Below, one piece after another: positions 63,821 to 64,000 of a stretch of DNA of 64,000 nt (positions are counted from its first letter, which is position 1; each line of letters opens with the position of its first letter). A program made the translations under genes and the position numbers. Under the pieces are notes generated by a model. The model was not told the origin of the DNA and did no database searches. It saw only the letters and a list, made by a program, of their open reading frames with translations. Source of the stretch: Lingula anatina (lineage: Eukaryota; Animalia; Brachiopoda); assembly GCA_051362555.1 (NCBI GenBank), contig CM120646.1:14384001-14448000 (forward strand), in the 5' to 3' direction.

Positions 63821-64000
63821 TAACGAACTTGAGATAACTTATACAAAACGCATACATTGTTAAACATAGTAAACTGACCTCGTCCGTGGTCCTTAGATAT
63901 GCCAGAGTTCGGTTGGAACCGTTTATAGTTCTGTAACAGAAATGAAGAACTGTAGTAATATATAAATCTTAAATGTGACCAATGGCGAGCTTGCCTAATG

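Noticed and set aside
1-64000. Prokaryotic-type systems (CRISPR arrays, operons), rRNA and tRNA genes
   Set aside because: The window is spliceosomal-intron eukaryotic DNA. I found no repeat-spacer array, cloverleaf or rRNA-like sequence.

Overview
AT-rich animal (invertebrate bilaterian) genomic DNA with two convergent, intron-containing genes. Minus strand: a complete three-exon hedgehog gene (CDS 48578-48267, 35004-34743, 28360-27681; 417 aa) with signal peptide, Hedge domain, GG|CF autocleavage site and Hint/Hog domain. Plus strand: a small secreted cysteine-rich protein gene largely missed by the ORF track (probable TATA/Inr and non-coding exon at 3.8 kb; coding exons 7227-7358, 20153-20234, 22470-22610, 23538-23695; 170 aa). 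Its 16-Cys framework matches the prohormone-3/ITG-like family as I recall it. Most notable observations: (1) an extra 72-nt exon (22668-22739) only 57 nt after exon C, which looks mutually exclusive with it and would switch the protein between 16-Cys and 12-Cys forms; (2) a natural Glu-to-Gln change at the Hedgehog pseudo-catalytic position (SHH E176) with all zinc ligands kept; (3) two identical miR-9 8-mer sites in the hh 3' UTR straddling a proximal poly(A) signal. The rest is intronic or intergenic DNA with PIF/Harbinger-type MITEs, microsatellites and candidate enhancers. All gene models were read by eye and no database search was run. A hemichordate origin is a guess only.
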